From an uncultured Planctomycetota bacterium (GTDB lineage: Bacteria; Planctomycetota; Phycisphaerae; Tepidisphaerales; Tepidisphaeraceae), in the NCBI GenBank assembly GCA_963841915.1, contig CAWJEN010000006.1, forward strand, positions 544,001-608,000: a stretch of 64,000 nt of DNA, given 5' to 3'. The position numbers and the translations under genes were made by a program. Under the pieces are notes generated by a model. That model was not told where the DNA came from and searched no databases. It was given only the letters and a program-made list of their open reading frames with translations. Shown piece after piece: positions 46,827-59,460 of this stretch (positions within the stretch are counted from its first letter, which is position 1; the number at the start of each line of letters is the position of its first letter).

Positions 46827-48635
46827 TTACCGCGTGATGGCGACCACCGCCAGATCGGCGTGTCGATTGGGTTCGTCCGTCACGCGCTGGCCCGTCGCAG
46901 AATCGAGATAAACCGCTTCCCGAACCGCAATGCCGAGCACTCGGCACAGGTCGAGGAAGTCGTCGATGCTCGGATATCTGCGGTTGGGCGAGTCGTACCA
47001 CTCGTGGCTGAAGGGGCCCGGGGCCTTGGGGCTTCGTCCCTCGGTCGCGAGCATGTCGCGCAACGGCTGCCAGGCAAAGTTGGGAAAGCTGACAATGCCG
47101 ATGCGGCCGACGCGAAGGACTTCACGCATCACGTCGGCCGTACGTTCGACGCTCTGCAACGCCTGGCTGAGCACGACGACGTCGAATTGATCGTCGGCGA
47201 AAAAGGTCAGAGGCTTGTTGAGGTCGGCGTCGATGACGTCGAGCCCGCGTTGTGCTGCGGCAAGGACATTGGCCGTCCGCACGTCGACGCCCGCGATCTT
47301 GGCATGGCCGCGATGTCGAAGCCGGTCGAGCAGTCCGCCGTCGCCGCAGCCCAGATCGAGAACACTCGCCGCCGGATCGATGAGCGACAGAATCACATCA
47401 TGATCAAGCCGGCCGGCGTGGAAGATGCTCGTGCTGGCGTGTTCGAGAGATGAACCCTTCTCGGAAGTTTTAGACGCCTCTGTGTTCTCGTCGACACTGC
47501 AGATGGACTGCACGAACCGCCCATATTGGTCGGCCTCGGCCGGTAAAAGGAACGCGTCGTGCCCGCCGTCGCTGGCGATTTCGAGGTAGCTCACACGCCG
47601 ACCCGCGCGGCTGAGACCTTCGACCATCTGGCGCGAGCCTTCCGGCGGAAACAGCCAGTCGCTACTGAAACTGACGACGCCGAATCGCGTGCGGTGACTC
47701 GTTTTCTCGGCAAAGACGTTGGCCAGTTCGTCGGCACTGCCGCCGATGTCGAAGCGGTCCATGGCGCGGGTGAGGGTCAGGTAGCTGTTGGCGTCGAAGC
47801 GTTCGACGAATTTGTCGCCCTGATGGGCGAGGTAGCTGCCGACGCCGAAGTTGGCCTCGAAGGATCGGGCAAAGTCGCCGTCGAGGTCTCGCGGTTGGTC
47901 GCGTTGCGGATCAAACTTGGCGGTCATGCCGTCGCGTGACAGGTAAGTCACGTGGGCGAGCATGCGGGCCAGCGCCAGGCCGACGCGTGGCTGCTCCGGG
48001 CAATCGTGGTAGTCGCCACCGTTAAAATGCGGGTCGCGAAGAATGGCATTTCGGCCGACGACGTCGAAGGCAAGGGCTTGAGCTGTCAGGCGTGGCCCGG
48101 TGGCGACCAGGCAGCAGGCGTCGAGCATGTCGCCGTGATCGACCGCCCACTGCAGCGCCTGCTGGCCGCCCATGGATCCGCCGACGACGCCGGCGAGGCG
48201 TCGGATGCCGAGATGTTCGACGAGTTTTCGCTGAACCGCGACGGCGTCGCGCTGCAGGATGTCGGGGAACATCGCGCCGTAGCGCTTGCCTGTTGCCGGG
48301 TCGACGTCGCCCGGGCCGGTCGTGCCGCTGCAACCGCCGAGCGTGTTGGAGCAGAGGACAAAGAGCTTGTCCGTGTCGAGAAACTTGCCCGGCCCGATGA
48401 CCAGATCCCACCAACCGGCCTGATCGTCTGGGCCATGTCTGGCCGCGTGTGAGTCGCCGGTAAGGGCGTGGCAGATCAGGACGGCATTCGTGCGGCCGTC
48501 GTCGAAATGGCGAAGGGTGCCCCAGGTCTCGTACCGCACGACAAGGCGCTCGATCGTGCCCCCGAGATCCAGCGTGAGCGCCTCGTTGCTTTCGAACGTG
48601 TGTGCGTGCTTCGGCTCTCTGCAGGCGGCAGTCAT
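46827..48635 (-). CDS. metX: Homoserine O-acetyltransferase fused to MetW
   Basis: CHALTGD, GGSMGG, RFDANSY, GHDAFL; then VLDLGCGDG, VLSQALQ, IVSFPNF. Confidence 0.92.
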   Translation of the reverse strand: MTAACREPKHAHTFESNEALTLDLGGTIERLVVRYETWGTLRHFDDGRTNAVLICHALTGDSHAARHGPDDQAGWWDLVIGPGKFLDTDKLFVLCSNTLGGCSGTTGPGDVDPATGKRYGAMFPDILQRDAVAVQRKLVEHLGIRRLAGVVGGSMGGQQALQWAVDHGDMLDACCLVATGPRLTAQALAFDVVGRNAILRDPHFNGGDYHDCPEQPRVGLALARMLAHVTYLSRDGMTAKFDPQRDQPRDLDGDFARSFEANFGVGSYLAHQGDKFVERFDANSYLTLTRAMDRFDIGGSADELANVFAEKTSHRTRFGVVSFSSDWLFPPEGSRQMVEGLSRAGRRVSYLEIASDGGHDAFLLPAEADQYGRFVQSICSVDENTEASKTSEKGSSLEHASTSIFHAGRLDHDVILSLIDPAASVLDLGCGDGGLLDRLRHRGHAKIAGVDVRTANVLAAAQRGLDVIDADLNKPLTFFADDQFDVVVLSQALQSVERTADVMREVLRVGRIGIVSFPNFAWQPLRDMLATEGRSPKAPGPFSHEWYDSPNRRYPSIDDFLDLCRVLGIAVREAVYLDSATGQRVTDEPNRHADLAVVAITR

Positions 48636-48700
48636 CGGGGTCGTGAGGGTAGCCGATCAACCGCGTTCCTATGGCGTCAGCAGCAGATCATCCCGCGCGA

Positions 48701-49615
48701 CTACCCGTCAATGAACCGCCTCGTCAGGTCGCCGTACGCGTCGATCCGGCGGTCCCGCAGGAAAGGCCAGTGTGTGCGGCTGAACTCGACACGCGTCAAA
48801 TCACAAGGCACCACCAACGCCCCCGGCTCGTCGACGGCCGCCTCCGAGGCGACTTGGCCGTCGGGGCTGGCGACGAACGATTGGCCCCAGAACTTGATGC
48901 CTTCTTCCCCGAACGGCTTGCCCGCAGCGTCGAGCACGTGCTCGTGACCGATACGATTGGGCGCAACAACCCAACAGCCGTTGGCAATGGCGTGTGACTT
49001 CATCATCGTCTGCCACGAGGCGTGCTGGGCAACACCGAACTCCTCGCGTTCGCTCGGGTGCCAGCCGATAGCCGTCGGGTAAAACAGAATCTCGGCCCCG
49101 CCCATGGCCGTCAGACGGGCGGCCTCGGGGAACCACTGGTCCCAACAGATCAGCACACCAATCTTGGCGAACTTCGTGCGAAACGTCTTGAACCCAAGAT
49201 CGCCGGGCGTGAAGTAGAACTTCTCGTAGTAGAGCGGGTCATCGGGAATGTGCATCTTGCGGTACAGCCCCAGCACTTCACCACCGGCGTCGATGACGAC
49301 GGCCGTGTTGTGGTACAAGCCTGCCGCCCGCCGCTCGAAGAGGCTGCCGATCACGACGACATCGCGTTCCTTTGCCACCTCGATCAGCCGCCGCGTCGTC
49401 GGGCCGTCCGGCACCGGCTCGGCCAGATCGAAGAAGCGATGGTCTTCGCCCTGGCAAAAGTACTTGCTCGGAAACAGCTCCTGCGTGCAGACGATCTTGG
49501 CCCCCGCGTCGGCGGCGTCGTGGAGCAGCTTGATCTGCGCATCGACATTGGCCGCGACGTCATCGCCGCATGACATCTGCGTCAGGCCAATCTGAACAAT
49601 GCGGTCGGTTGGCAT
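48701..49615 (-). CDS. aguB: N-carbamoylputrescine amidohydrolase (carbon-nitrogen hydrolase)
   Basis: QELF, YRKMHIPDDPLYYEKFYFTPGD, ICWDQWFPEAAR, WPFLRDRR. Confidence 0.88.
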   Translation of the reverse strand: MPTDRIVQIGLTQMSCGDDVAANVDAQIKLLHDAADAGAKIVCTQELFPSKYFCQGEDHRFFDLAEPVPDGPTTRRLIEVAKERDVVVIGSLFERRAAGLYHNTAVVIDAGGEVLGLYRKMHIPDDPLYYEKFYFTPGDLGFKTFRTKFAKIGVLICWDQWFPEAARLTAMGGAEILFYPTAIGWHPSEREEFGVAQHASWQTMMKSHAIANGCWVVAPNRIGHEHVLDAAGKPFGEEGIKFWGQSFVASPDGQVASEAAVDEPGALVVPCDLTRVEFSRTHWPFLRDRRIDAYGDLTRRFIDG

Positions 49616-49647
49616 GGGCGAGGGTATGAAGCCAAAGACGCCTGACG

Positions 49648-49680
49648 AAAAACCGTCGCTCCGATGACTCGAAGCGACGG
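49648..49680 (-). terminator. Intrinsic terminator of the PEP-CTERM gene
   Basis: ccgtcgct/agcgacgg stem followed by U5 on the minus strand. Confidence 0.6.
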
Positions 49681-49711
49681 CCGGTTGTCAGAAGGTGTGC
49701 AGCCGATACGT

Positions 49712-50299
49712 TCAGCGACGACGCCGCAGCATGGCCAAGCCAACCAGTCCCAGTACCGAGGCCGAAGCCGGCTCGGGGACGTAGGTGGCAACGATGTTGT
49801 CCACCGTGAAGAAATCAACGATGGCCGGAGTGGCTACGAGATACGTGACCTCGGTGAAGGGTGTATCGCTCACGAAGCCTTGGAAGCCGTTGACCAGATT
49901 GAAGGTGGTTCCATCGATTTCAACGAAGATGCTCGGCGCCGGATTGGCCGCGACGGTCTCCGCCCCGTAAGCAAGCAGCGGCGAGTCGAACGTCAGCGTG
50001 ATGGCTGAAATGTCGCTGCCGGTGAGGAACAGGTCGAGCGCCTCGTCGTCGATGGCAAAGTCACCGCTGAACGTGGAGGAGCCGACCGCCGTTGCCGTTG
50101 CCGGCAGCGCCGGGTTCAGATCGACAGGTCCCGCACTCACGGCCGCCGTGTAGTCGACATCGGCGAACCCGGCAAAGTCCTGGAAGAAGTCGACGGAAAC
50201 GTCGGCCGGATCAAACGTCTGTGTCACAACGGCCGAAGCCGCGGCGGACAGACCAAGTACAACGGCAGTGGCCGCGAGTCCGAATTGAGTTGTCTGCAT
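49712..50299 (-). CDS. PEP-CTERM surface protein
   Basis: Signal peptide (..AAASA); C-terminal VPEPASASVLGLVGLAMLRRRR. Confidence 0.88.
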   Translation of the reverse strand: MQTTQFGLAATAVVLGLSAAASAVVTQTFDPADVSVDFFQDFAGFADVDYTAAVSAGPVDLNPALPATATAVGSSTFSGDFAIDDEALDLFLTGSDISAITLTFDSPLLAYGAETVAANPAPSIFVEIDGTTFNLVNGFQGFVSDTPFTEVTYLVATPAIVDFFTVDNIVATYVPEPASASVLGLVGLAMLRRRR

Positions 50300-50424
50300 G
50301 GATTCTCTATCCCCCGCTGTGGCCGGCGGGAAGTTTCTGAGCGCGGTCGCAGGCGACATTACAAAACGGAGCAGATGGTTACAAGTCCATCTGCTCCGTC
50401 AAATGACGAACTGCGTCCTTCGTG

Positions 50425-50949
50425 CTACTTGAGCTTCTCGAGGCCGGCTTCAGCAATCATGTGGTCGTTCTCGACGGTCGATCCGCTGACGCCGATCGCG
50501 CCGACGACGGTGCCGTCGGCTGCCTTGATCGGGATGCCGCCGGGGAAGGTGATGAGGCCGTCGTTGCTGGCCTCGATCATGTAGAGCGGCTGGCCGGGCT
50601 GGCTGAGCTCGCCGATGTTGCCGGTGGGCATGTCGAAGTAGCGGGCGGTCTTGGCCTTCTTGATGGCGATGTCGATCGAACCGAGCCACGCGCCGTCCAT
50701 GCGGGCAAAGGCCTTGAGGTTGCCACCGGCGTCGACGACGGCGATGTTCATCTTGAGATCGTTGTCCTCACAGGCGGCGACCGCAGCATCGACGGCGGCC
50801 TGGGCCTGGGCCAGACTCATGTCCATCGTCTCGAGCGGGGCGACCTTGCCGGACGACTGATCGGCGTTCTGAGCGGAAGCGAAAAAGCCACCACAGGCCA
50901 GAGCGGCGGCGGCGGCGACAACAACGGTCAATCGTGCGTGTGCGTTCAT
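50425..50949 (-). CDS. GlcG/HbpS family heme-binding protein, exported
   Basis: [33 protein letters not shown]. Confidence 0.9.
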   Translation of the reverse strand: MNAHARLTVVVAAAAALACGGFFASAQNADQSSGKVAPLETMDMSLAQAQAAVDAAVAACEDNDLKMNIAVVDAGGNLKAFARMDGAWLGSIDIAIKKAKTARYFDMPTGNIGELSQPGQPLYMIEASNDGLITFPGGIPIKAADGTVVGAIGVSGSTVENDHMIAEAGLEKLK

Positions 50950-51056
50950 GACGGGACAGCATGTCACGAACCTCACGCCGCCGCAGCGGGTGAAGTTTGT
51001 GGGCCGGATCATCAAGCCGGAGCGTCCACCGCACCGAAGTGCGGGGCAGCTCCAAA

Positions 51057-51437
51057 TCAACTCGAGCTGTTTAGCTCTCTAGCGAGCTTCATCGCGAGAC
51101 GGCCGTAGTTGCTGGGCAGACGCGCCAATCGCTCTCGCCGAAGGTCGAGCGTCTCGACGCCACCTGCGGCATCTGTCACGTAGACGAACGGCAACGCGAC
51201 GGCGCGCACCTTGTACGGAACACCTGCCATGCAGCTGAGCGTCGTCCAGGTCACCGTGGCAATGGAACCACCGTCGTACGGCCGTTCTTCAGCCGGGCCT
51301 CGGTAGGTTGTCTCGGAGACGGTGACCCAGATGCCGGGACGAATGTCTTCAGGACCGATGAGCCGGCTCACGCCGACGGGCGCCTTCTTCTTCTGTTTTG
51401 TCTTTAACGCAGTCATGTCGAATCTCGTCACCGCCAT
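51057..51437 (-). CDS. Hypothetical protein
   Basis: Coherent small ORF ([30 protein letters not shown]). Start 51437 or 51416. Confidence 0.6.
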   Translation of the reverse strand: MAVTRFDMTALKTKQKKKAPVGVSRLIGPEDIRPGIWVTVSETTYRGPAEERPYDGGSIATVTWTTLSCMAGVPYKVRAVALPFVYVTDAAGGVETLDLRRERLARLPSNYGRLAMKLARELNSSS

Positions 51438-51704
51438 GATGGCGGTTATTCAGGTTGATCAGAACGCAAAGCCGCAGGACGGCTCAACGTGGGTCAAGAT
51501 GAATGCAGATGACTCCGCATGACAAGCTCCGGCGGGCCGGCAAGATAGCGGTCGCTGTCTTGATGTCAAGCTGATTCTTGCCAGAGTTCCTCGAGAAGCT
51601 GATGAGTGGTCTGGCCATTCGTCAGCCGGTGGTCGAACCGCCGTTGGATCTGGCAGAACGCCGCCGACCACAATTGGCCGACGGCGATGGGGCATGACAG
51701 TCGT

Positions 51705-54317
<2,613 letters not shown>

Positions 54318-54442
54318 ACCAATTCAGAAACAACCAGCGTGCCGGGATGGAACCTTGATTCAGGCCAGCTAACACCGATGGGTCGAATTGCGGGCTGCCA
54401 AACTGGCATAGATGTTGGAGCACAGAGCTCACCGCTTGTGGC

Positions 54443-55576
54443 TCAGGACGAGAACACGTCGCCAAGCTGCAACACGGGCAGCAGCACCGCCAGGGCGATG
54501 AGCAACACGACGCCGCCGAGGATGACGACGATCGCCGGCTCGATCAGCGAGCCGAGTCGTTTGGCCGTGTCGTCGACGTCGGCCTCGTAGCGTTTGGCGA
54601 GTCGTAGCAGGGCGGTGTCGAGCGTGCCGGTCGTGGTGCCGACGTCGACGGTCTCAATCATCAACGGCGGCAGCGTGCCGGCGTGGCGGATCGCTTCGGC
54701 TGGGTCGTCGCCTGCGTCGACACTGGCGTGCCAACGAGCAAGCGCGTCGGCAATCTGCGTGTTGCGACACGCCTCGGCCGCTAGACCGATCGACTCAATG
54801 AGGTTCAGGCCGCACCGCACGCACGTCGCCAGCAACACCAGCGACTGAGCCAGCGCGTGTTTTTGTAGCAACGGCCCGACCACGGGGATGCTGCCTGTGA
54901 TGATGTCGAAAGAGCGCTTGCCCGAGGCCTTCCGCAGCCAGTACCGGCCGAGGAAGAAGCCGGCAACCGCGAGCAGTATCAACAGCCAGCCGTAGCTGAT
55001 CAGCAGCGTGCTGATGCCACTGACGATTACGGTCGGCAGCGGCAATGCCCGGTTCGCCTCGCGGATCGGGCCCAGAATCGTCGGCACCACGAAGGCGAAC
55101 AGCAAGAGCGTGACGACCAGCGCGATTGACAGCACCACCGCCGGGTAGGCCAAAGCCGACGTGGCCGCCTTCCGCAGCCGCGCAGCCGACTCGCGGCGAT
55201 CTGCGAGCTGGCCCAGCGCCTCTTCCATGACGCCCGCCCGCTCGGCGGCGCGTAGCGCCGCGACGTCTGCGACGCCGAACAGCGCCTCATGATCGGCCAA
55301 TGCGTCGGCCAGAGAATCACCTTCGCGAACCCGTCGAAGCAGGTCCGACAGCACGTCGGCGAATCGACCGGTAACCTGACCGGCGAGCGTGGCGATCGAA
55401 CGCCGCATGTCGATGCCAGCGTCGAGCTGCGTGGCCAACAGGCGGTAAAACTGCGCAATGTCGGCCGACTTCACGCCGCGACCACCCACGGCCGAGGCGG
55501 TGACGTCACCGATGCGCTCGCGGATGCCCGTTCGCTTGGCGTAGTCCAGCGGCGTTGGTGGAGGAAATGCGTTCAA
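54443..55576 (-). CDS. Type II secretion system F / PilC family protein
   Basis: LATQLDAGI, AAERAG, ALAYP, VGTTTGTLD, LIEPAIVV. Confidence 0.88.
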   Translation of the reverse strand: MNAFPPPTPLDYAKRTGIRERIGDVTASAVGGRGVKSADIAQFYRLLATQLDAGIDMRRSIATLAGQVTGRFADVLSDLLRRVREGDSLADALADHEALFGVADVAALRAAERAGVMEEALGQLADRRESAARLRKAATSALAYPAVVLSIALVVTLLLFAFVVPTILGPIREANRALPLPTVIVSGISTLLISYGWLLILLAVAGFFLGRYWLRKASGKRSFDIITGSIPVVGPLLQKHALAQSLVLLATCVRCGLNLIESIGLAAEACRNTQIADALARWHASVDAGDDPAEAIRHAGTLPPLMIETVDVGTTTGTLDTALLRLAKRYEADVDDTAKRLGSLIEPAIVVILGGVVLLIALAVLLPVLQLGDVFSS

Positions 55577-55652
55577 AGGTGTTTCACCCTACGAAGCGTC
55601 ACGCAATGGCAGCGACCCTCGCCTCCGGTGTCATGCCTCGTAACCTCGCGGC

Positions 55653-56633
55653 ATGGCCACTTCGCACTCCGTCGGCATCATCGGCGTCAGCGGCTACGGC
55701 GGGGGCGAAGCGCTTCGGCTGTTGGCACATCACCCGCAGTTCGAGATCACGCGCGTCTACGGCAGCGGCTCGACGGGCAAGCGGGTCGGCGAATTGCACC
55801 CGGCGTTGGCGAGCGTCGCGCCCGAGGTGGCGAAGCTACAGATCGAGGCGTTCGAGCCGGAGGCGTGTGATGTCGATGCACTCGTGGCTTCAATGCCGAC
55901 CGGCAAAAGCCGGGAAGCCTTGGCCGCGGTGCCGTCGGGCGTGAAGATCGTCGATGTCGGCGGCGACCATCGCTTCGTCGACGGCTGGACCTACGGCATG
56001 GCTGATCTGTGGCCGGAGCAGGTCGCGACCGCGACACGGATCAGCAATCCTGGCTGCTACCCGACGGCGACGCTGCTGGCACTGGCACCTTTGGCCGCGG
56101 CGAAATTGATCGAGAGCGGGCCGGTCATCGTCGATGCCAAGAGCGGCGTCAGCGGCGCCGGGCGTGGCGGCGGGGAGCAGCTCGGCTACGCCGACACGAA
56201 CGAGTCGATGCACGCTTACAAGCCGCTGGTTCATGGGCACGAGCCGGAGATGGCGAGCGGTCTCGCCGCGGCGGGAAGTGACGCGGGCGTGGCGTTCGTG
56301 CCGCATTTGGTGCCGATGACGCGGGGGTTGTTGGCGACGTGTTACGTTCGATCCGCGGCTGGCGCAGCGGCGTGTGCGGAGGCGGCACGTAAGACGTATG
56401 CGGCGTCGCCGTTTGTCGTGATTAGCGATCGGCCGCCGTTGACGAAGTGGGCGAGCGGGTCGAACTTCGCGTTCGTCCACTACGCGGCTGACGAGTCGCG
56501 CCGGTTGATTGTGGCGACGTGCGCGATCGACAATCTTGGCAAGGGCGCGGCCGGTCAGGCGGTGCAGAATCTCAACCTGATGTTCGGCCTCGACGCCGCG
56601 GCAGGTCTTGCGACACTGCCGCTGTGGCCGTGA
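55653..56633 (+). CDS. argC: N-acetyl-gamma-glutamyl-phosphate reductase
   Basis: GVSGYGG, NPGCYPT, DAKSGVSGAGR, IDNLGKGAAGQA. Confidence 0.95.
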   Translation: MATSHSVGIIGVSGYGGGEALRLLAHHPQFEITRVYGSGSTGKRVGELHPALASVAPEVAKLQIEAFEPEACDVDALVASMPTGKSREALAAVPSGVKIVDVGGDHRFVDGWTYGMADLWPEQVATATRISNPGCYPTATLLALAPLAAAKLIESGPVIVDAKSGVSGAGRGGGEQLGYADTNESMHAYKPLVHGHEPEMASGLAAAGSDAGVAFVPHLVPMTRGLLATCYVRSAAGAAACAEAARKTYAASPFVVISDRPPLTKWASGSNFAFVHYAADESRRLIVATCAIDNLGKGAAGQAVQNLNLMFGLDAAAGLATLPLWP

Positions 56634-56642
56634 TCGATCAAT

Positions 56643-57488
56643 TTACAGCAGTTCGGCGAGGCCTGCGTAGAAGTCGAGCCGGTCGAGGTCGACTGTGTCG
56701 GGGCCGTACCAGTTTCCAAAGACACGGATGACGTCTTCGCGGCCACCGTTGAAGCGGAGCGAGCGGTTGGCCGTCGCCAGATCCAGGTGTCGGTCGGCGA
56801 CGCAAAGCTCGCCCAGATCGATAAGCCCCGTGCGGTCGCCTAAGTCGGCCAACACGTTGGGCAGACAGTAATCGGCATGACTGACAACGTAGTCGGCGTC
56901 GGTCGGCACACGTTTCTGCAGCTTCGCAAGCAGCTTGGCCGCCGCCTTGGGATCGCCACCGACACGAAGGTTGCTGGAGTTGACAGACCCGTTGGCGACA
57001 CGCTTTTCGGCGGTTGCAATGAGATCATCAGGTGATTGCTTCGCCAGACCGTCGGTCGGGCGGCCGTGCAGCCAGCGGAGCGCGTTGCCCATGAGGCGAC
57101 CAACACGGATCGGCGTCTCGGCCATCGCCTCGTGCAACGGTCGCCCGGGAACAGCCGTGGTCAGCAGATACGACCACGTTCCGGCCACCAAGCCGGCTTT
57201 GCCAGCCTCTACACGGCGTTGTTCGAAGGCAAGGATCGACGGCACGTTCGGGTCAATGTCCGGATCCGTCCGGCTCACGAGCCAGCCGATGCGGTCACGT
57301 TCGTCGCACAACGGACAGTCTCTGCCCTCGGCCGCGAAAAACACCTTGAGAAATACGGGCCCGCTCTCGCCTTCGATGTGAAAGACGTCGGCACCCGAGC
57401 AGCCGTGGTGTCTGCGGCCGACGTCGGCCTTCAGGTGTGCACGGACCGACTCGGGAACATGACTCGGCAGGGGCGTCGGCAGCGGCAT
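56643..57488 (-). CDS. Aminoglycoside 3'-phosphotransferase-like kinase
   Basis: GCSGADVF, FLK, HADYCLPNVL, GLIDLG, ADRHLDLA, FYAGLAELL. Confidence 0.75.
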   Translation of the reverse strand: MPLPTPLPSHVPESVRAHLKADVGRRHHGCSGADVFHIEGESGPVFLKVFFAAEGRDCPLCDERDRIGWLVSRTDPDIDPNVPSILAFEQRRVEAGKAGLVAGTWSYLLTTAVPGRPLHEAMAETPIRVGRLMGNALRWLHGRPTDGLAKQSPDDLIATAEKRVANGSVNSSNLRVGGDPKAAAKLLAKLQKRVPTDADYVVSHADYCLPNVLADLGDRTGLIDLGELCVADRHLDLATANRSLRFNGGREDVIRVFGNWYGPDTVDLDRLDFYAGLAELL

Positions 57489-57664
57489 ACAGCGGGGCGC
57501 GTCGGTGGTGGAAAGACACGCGGCAGGTCGCCAGCACCGTAGGTCGTCCGTCGCCCGGCGACGAAACACCTGCCAACGCTGTCGGTCGAGTGTCGCACGC
57601 ACCCGCCGCCGTCGTTCGGGACGACTGGCAGACAAAACGTCGAATGGGTCCGGCAACAAGAACA

Positions 57665-57695
57665 CGCGCCCCGCTGCATCGGCAAGCGGGGCGCG
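57665..57695 (-). terminator. Terminator after the lipoprotein gene
   Basis: cgcgccccgct/agcggggcgcg followed by a T-rich tail on the minus strand. Confidence 0.6.
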
Positions 57696-57718
57696 CGACT
57701 TGATCAGCGAAGCTCAAG

Positions 57719-58141
57719 CTACTTCTGCAAGCCCCAACGGGCGTAGAAGGCGTCCTTCAACGCGTTGTCACCCAGGACCGTGATGCCGGGGATCGGGCTC
57801 TTGCTGCCCATAATCTTAAAGTCTTCGCCGCTGATCTTGCCGCTGTCGGCGACGGCGGCGAGGTCCTGGTCCTCGGGGATGACGACGAGCAGGCGGTTGC
57901 CCTCCGTGCTCTTGACCTCGGCGTAGCCAGGCGTCTCGTAGACGACCGCCCCGGCCTCTGCGTCAGTAAAGTCGCTGGGCTTGCCCATCTGCATGTCGAC
58001 GGCCATCTTGCCCTCGCTCAATTCCATCTCCTCGCCGTCGACGACGATCAGGTCGTCATTGTCGTTGGATGAGTTGGACGAACAGCCGGCGGTGACGAGA
58101 GCGGCGGCAAAGAGGGCGGCGGTGGTGAGGCGGTGGTTCAT
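57719..58141 (-). CDS. Hypothetical lipoprotein
   Basis: Lipobox VTAGC after a hydrophobic stretch. Confidence 0.7.
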   Translation of the reverse strand: MNHRLTTAALFAAALVTAGCSSNSSNDNDDLIVVDGEEMELSEGKMAVDMQMGKPSDFTDAEAGAVVYETPGYAEVKSTEGNRLLVVIPEDQDLAAVADSGKISGEDFKIMGSKSPIPGITVLGDNALKDAFYARWGLQK

Positions 58142-58406
58142 GTGCTGGTGGTGCAGGTGCTTGGCGACGGAATCGTTGGACAAGCGTCCGTCGCGGCCAG
58201 TGTTGTCAGGTCGTCGCTCGCTCGCCAGCACGCGATGTTAATGTTCCGTGAATCCGGCAATCGGGCCGACCAATTCACGCTTCGACCTAAACAAGCCTCA
58301 GCTCCAACGCTCATCAAACCCTAACGGGCCTGCTTCTACTCTGCGAACGTCCAAGGTTGCGGCACCTGTCGCCGCGACGCCTAGGCCGACCCTCGTTACG
58401 CAGATT

Positions 58407-59384
58407 ATGACCAACACCACCACGTTTAAGCGCATCACCACCGCCGCCCTGACGGCTGTGGCCACCCTCGCCGTCGGCGCCCACGCCGCCAGCGAGATCG
58501 ATCCCAACCTGCCCAAGTACGAACAAGCCAGCGGCGTCAGCGGTGACCTCCGCAGCGTCGGTAGCGACACGCTGTCCAACCTCATGACGCGGTGGGGCGA
58601 AAAGTTCTACGGCTATTACCCGCAGATCAGCTTCGAGGCCGAGTCTAAGGGCTCCAGCACCGCACCGCCCGCACTCATCGAAGGCATTGCCGAGATGGGT
58701 CCGATGAGCCGGCGGATGAAGGGCGAAGAGGAAGACAAGTTCCGCGACGAGTTCGGGTACGAGCCGACGCTTGTCCGCACCGGCATCGATGCCATCGCCG
58801 TCTTCGTCCACAAGGACAATCCGGTCGAGAGCCTTACTGTCGAAGACCTCAAGAGCATCTACAGCGTCGAAGGCGCAGAGGGCATCACGTGGGGCGACGT
58901 CGGTGTGACCGACGCCGCCTTCAAGGACCAACCGATCAGCCTCTACGGCCGCAACGCCGCCAGTGGCACCTACGGCTACTTCAAGGAAGCGGCCCTCGGC
59001 AAGATCGACTTCAAGCCGACCGTTAAAGAGCAGCCCGGCAGCTCCGCCGTCGTGCAAGGCACCGGTAGCGACCGCTTCGGAGTCGGTTATTCGGGTGTCG
59101 GCTATGCGACGCCGAACGTCAAGGCCGTTCCAATCATCGGTGCCGACGGCAACGCCTACGACCCGCTCAGCGAGGACGACGTCTACAGCGACAACTACCC
59201 GCTGGCACGGTTCCTGTACATCTACGTCAACAAGGCCCCGAACCAGCCGCTCGACCGCAACGTCGGCGAGTTCATGAAACTCATCCTCTCCCAGGAGGGC
59301 CAGGAAGTCGTCGCACAGGAGAACTTCTACCCGCTCTCGGCCTTTATCGCCGAGGAAGAGCTGGCCAAGCTCGGGCTGAAGTAG
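58407..59384 (+). CDS. pstS: Phosphate ABC transporter substrate-binding protein
   Basis: SVGSDTL, GSSTAPPAL, MSR, GRNAASGTYGYF, YPLARFLYIY. Confidence 0.95.
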   Translation: MTNTTTFKRITTAALTAVATLAVGAHAASEIDPNLPKYEQASGVSGDLRSVGSDTLSNLMTRWGEKFYGYYPQISFEAESKGSSTAPPALIEGIAEMGPMSRRMKGEEEDKFRDEFGYEPTLVRTGIDAIAVFVHKDNPVESLTVEDLKSIYSVEGAEGITWGDVGVTDAAFKDQPISLYGRNAASGTYGYFKEAALGKIDFKPTVKEQPGSSAVVQGTGSDRFGVGYSGVGYATPNVKAVPIIGADGNAYDPLSEDDVYSDNYPLARFLYIYVNKAPNQPLDRNVGEFMKLILSQEGQEVVAQENFYPLSAFIAEEELAKLGLK

Positions 59385-59460
59385 ATGTTGCTCTTTGTAC
59401 CTGAGCGTGGCGACGGTTAATGCCGTTGCCACGCCTTCTGGGAATGACCTGCTGCCGTCT

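Noticed and set aside
51430..51700. Intergenic region with palindrome accgccatgatggcggt as a riboswitch
   Set aside because: No recognisable aptamer consensus; evidence limited to one short palindrome.
58230..58406. Pho box upstream of pstS
   Set aside because: Only vague (C/T)TAAC-like words, without a clean 11-bp period.
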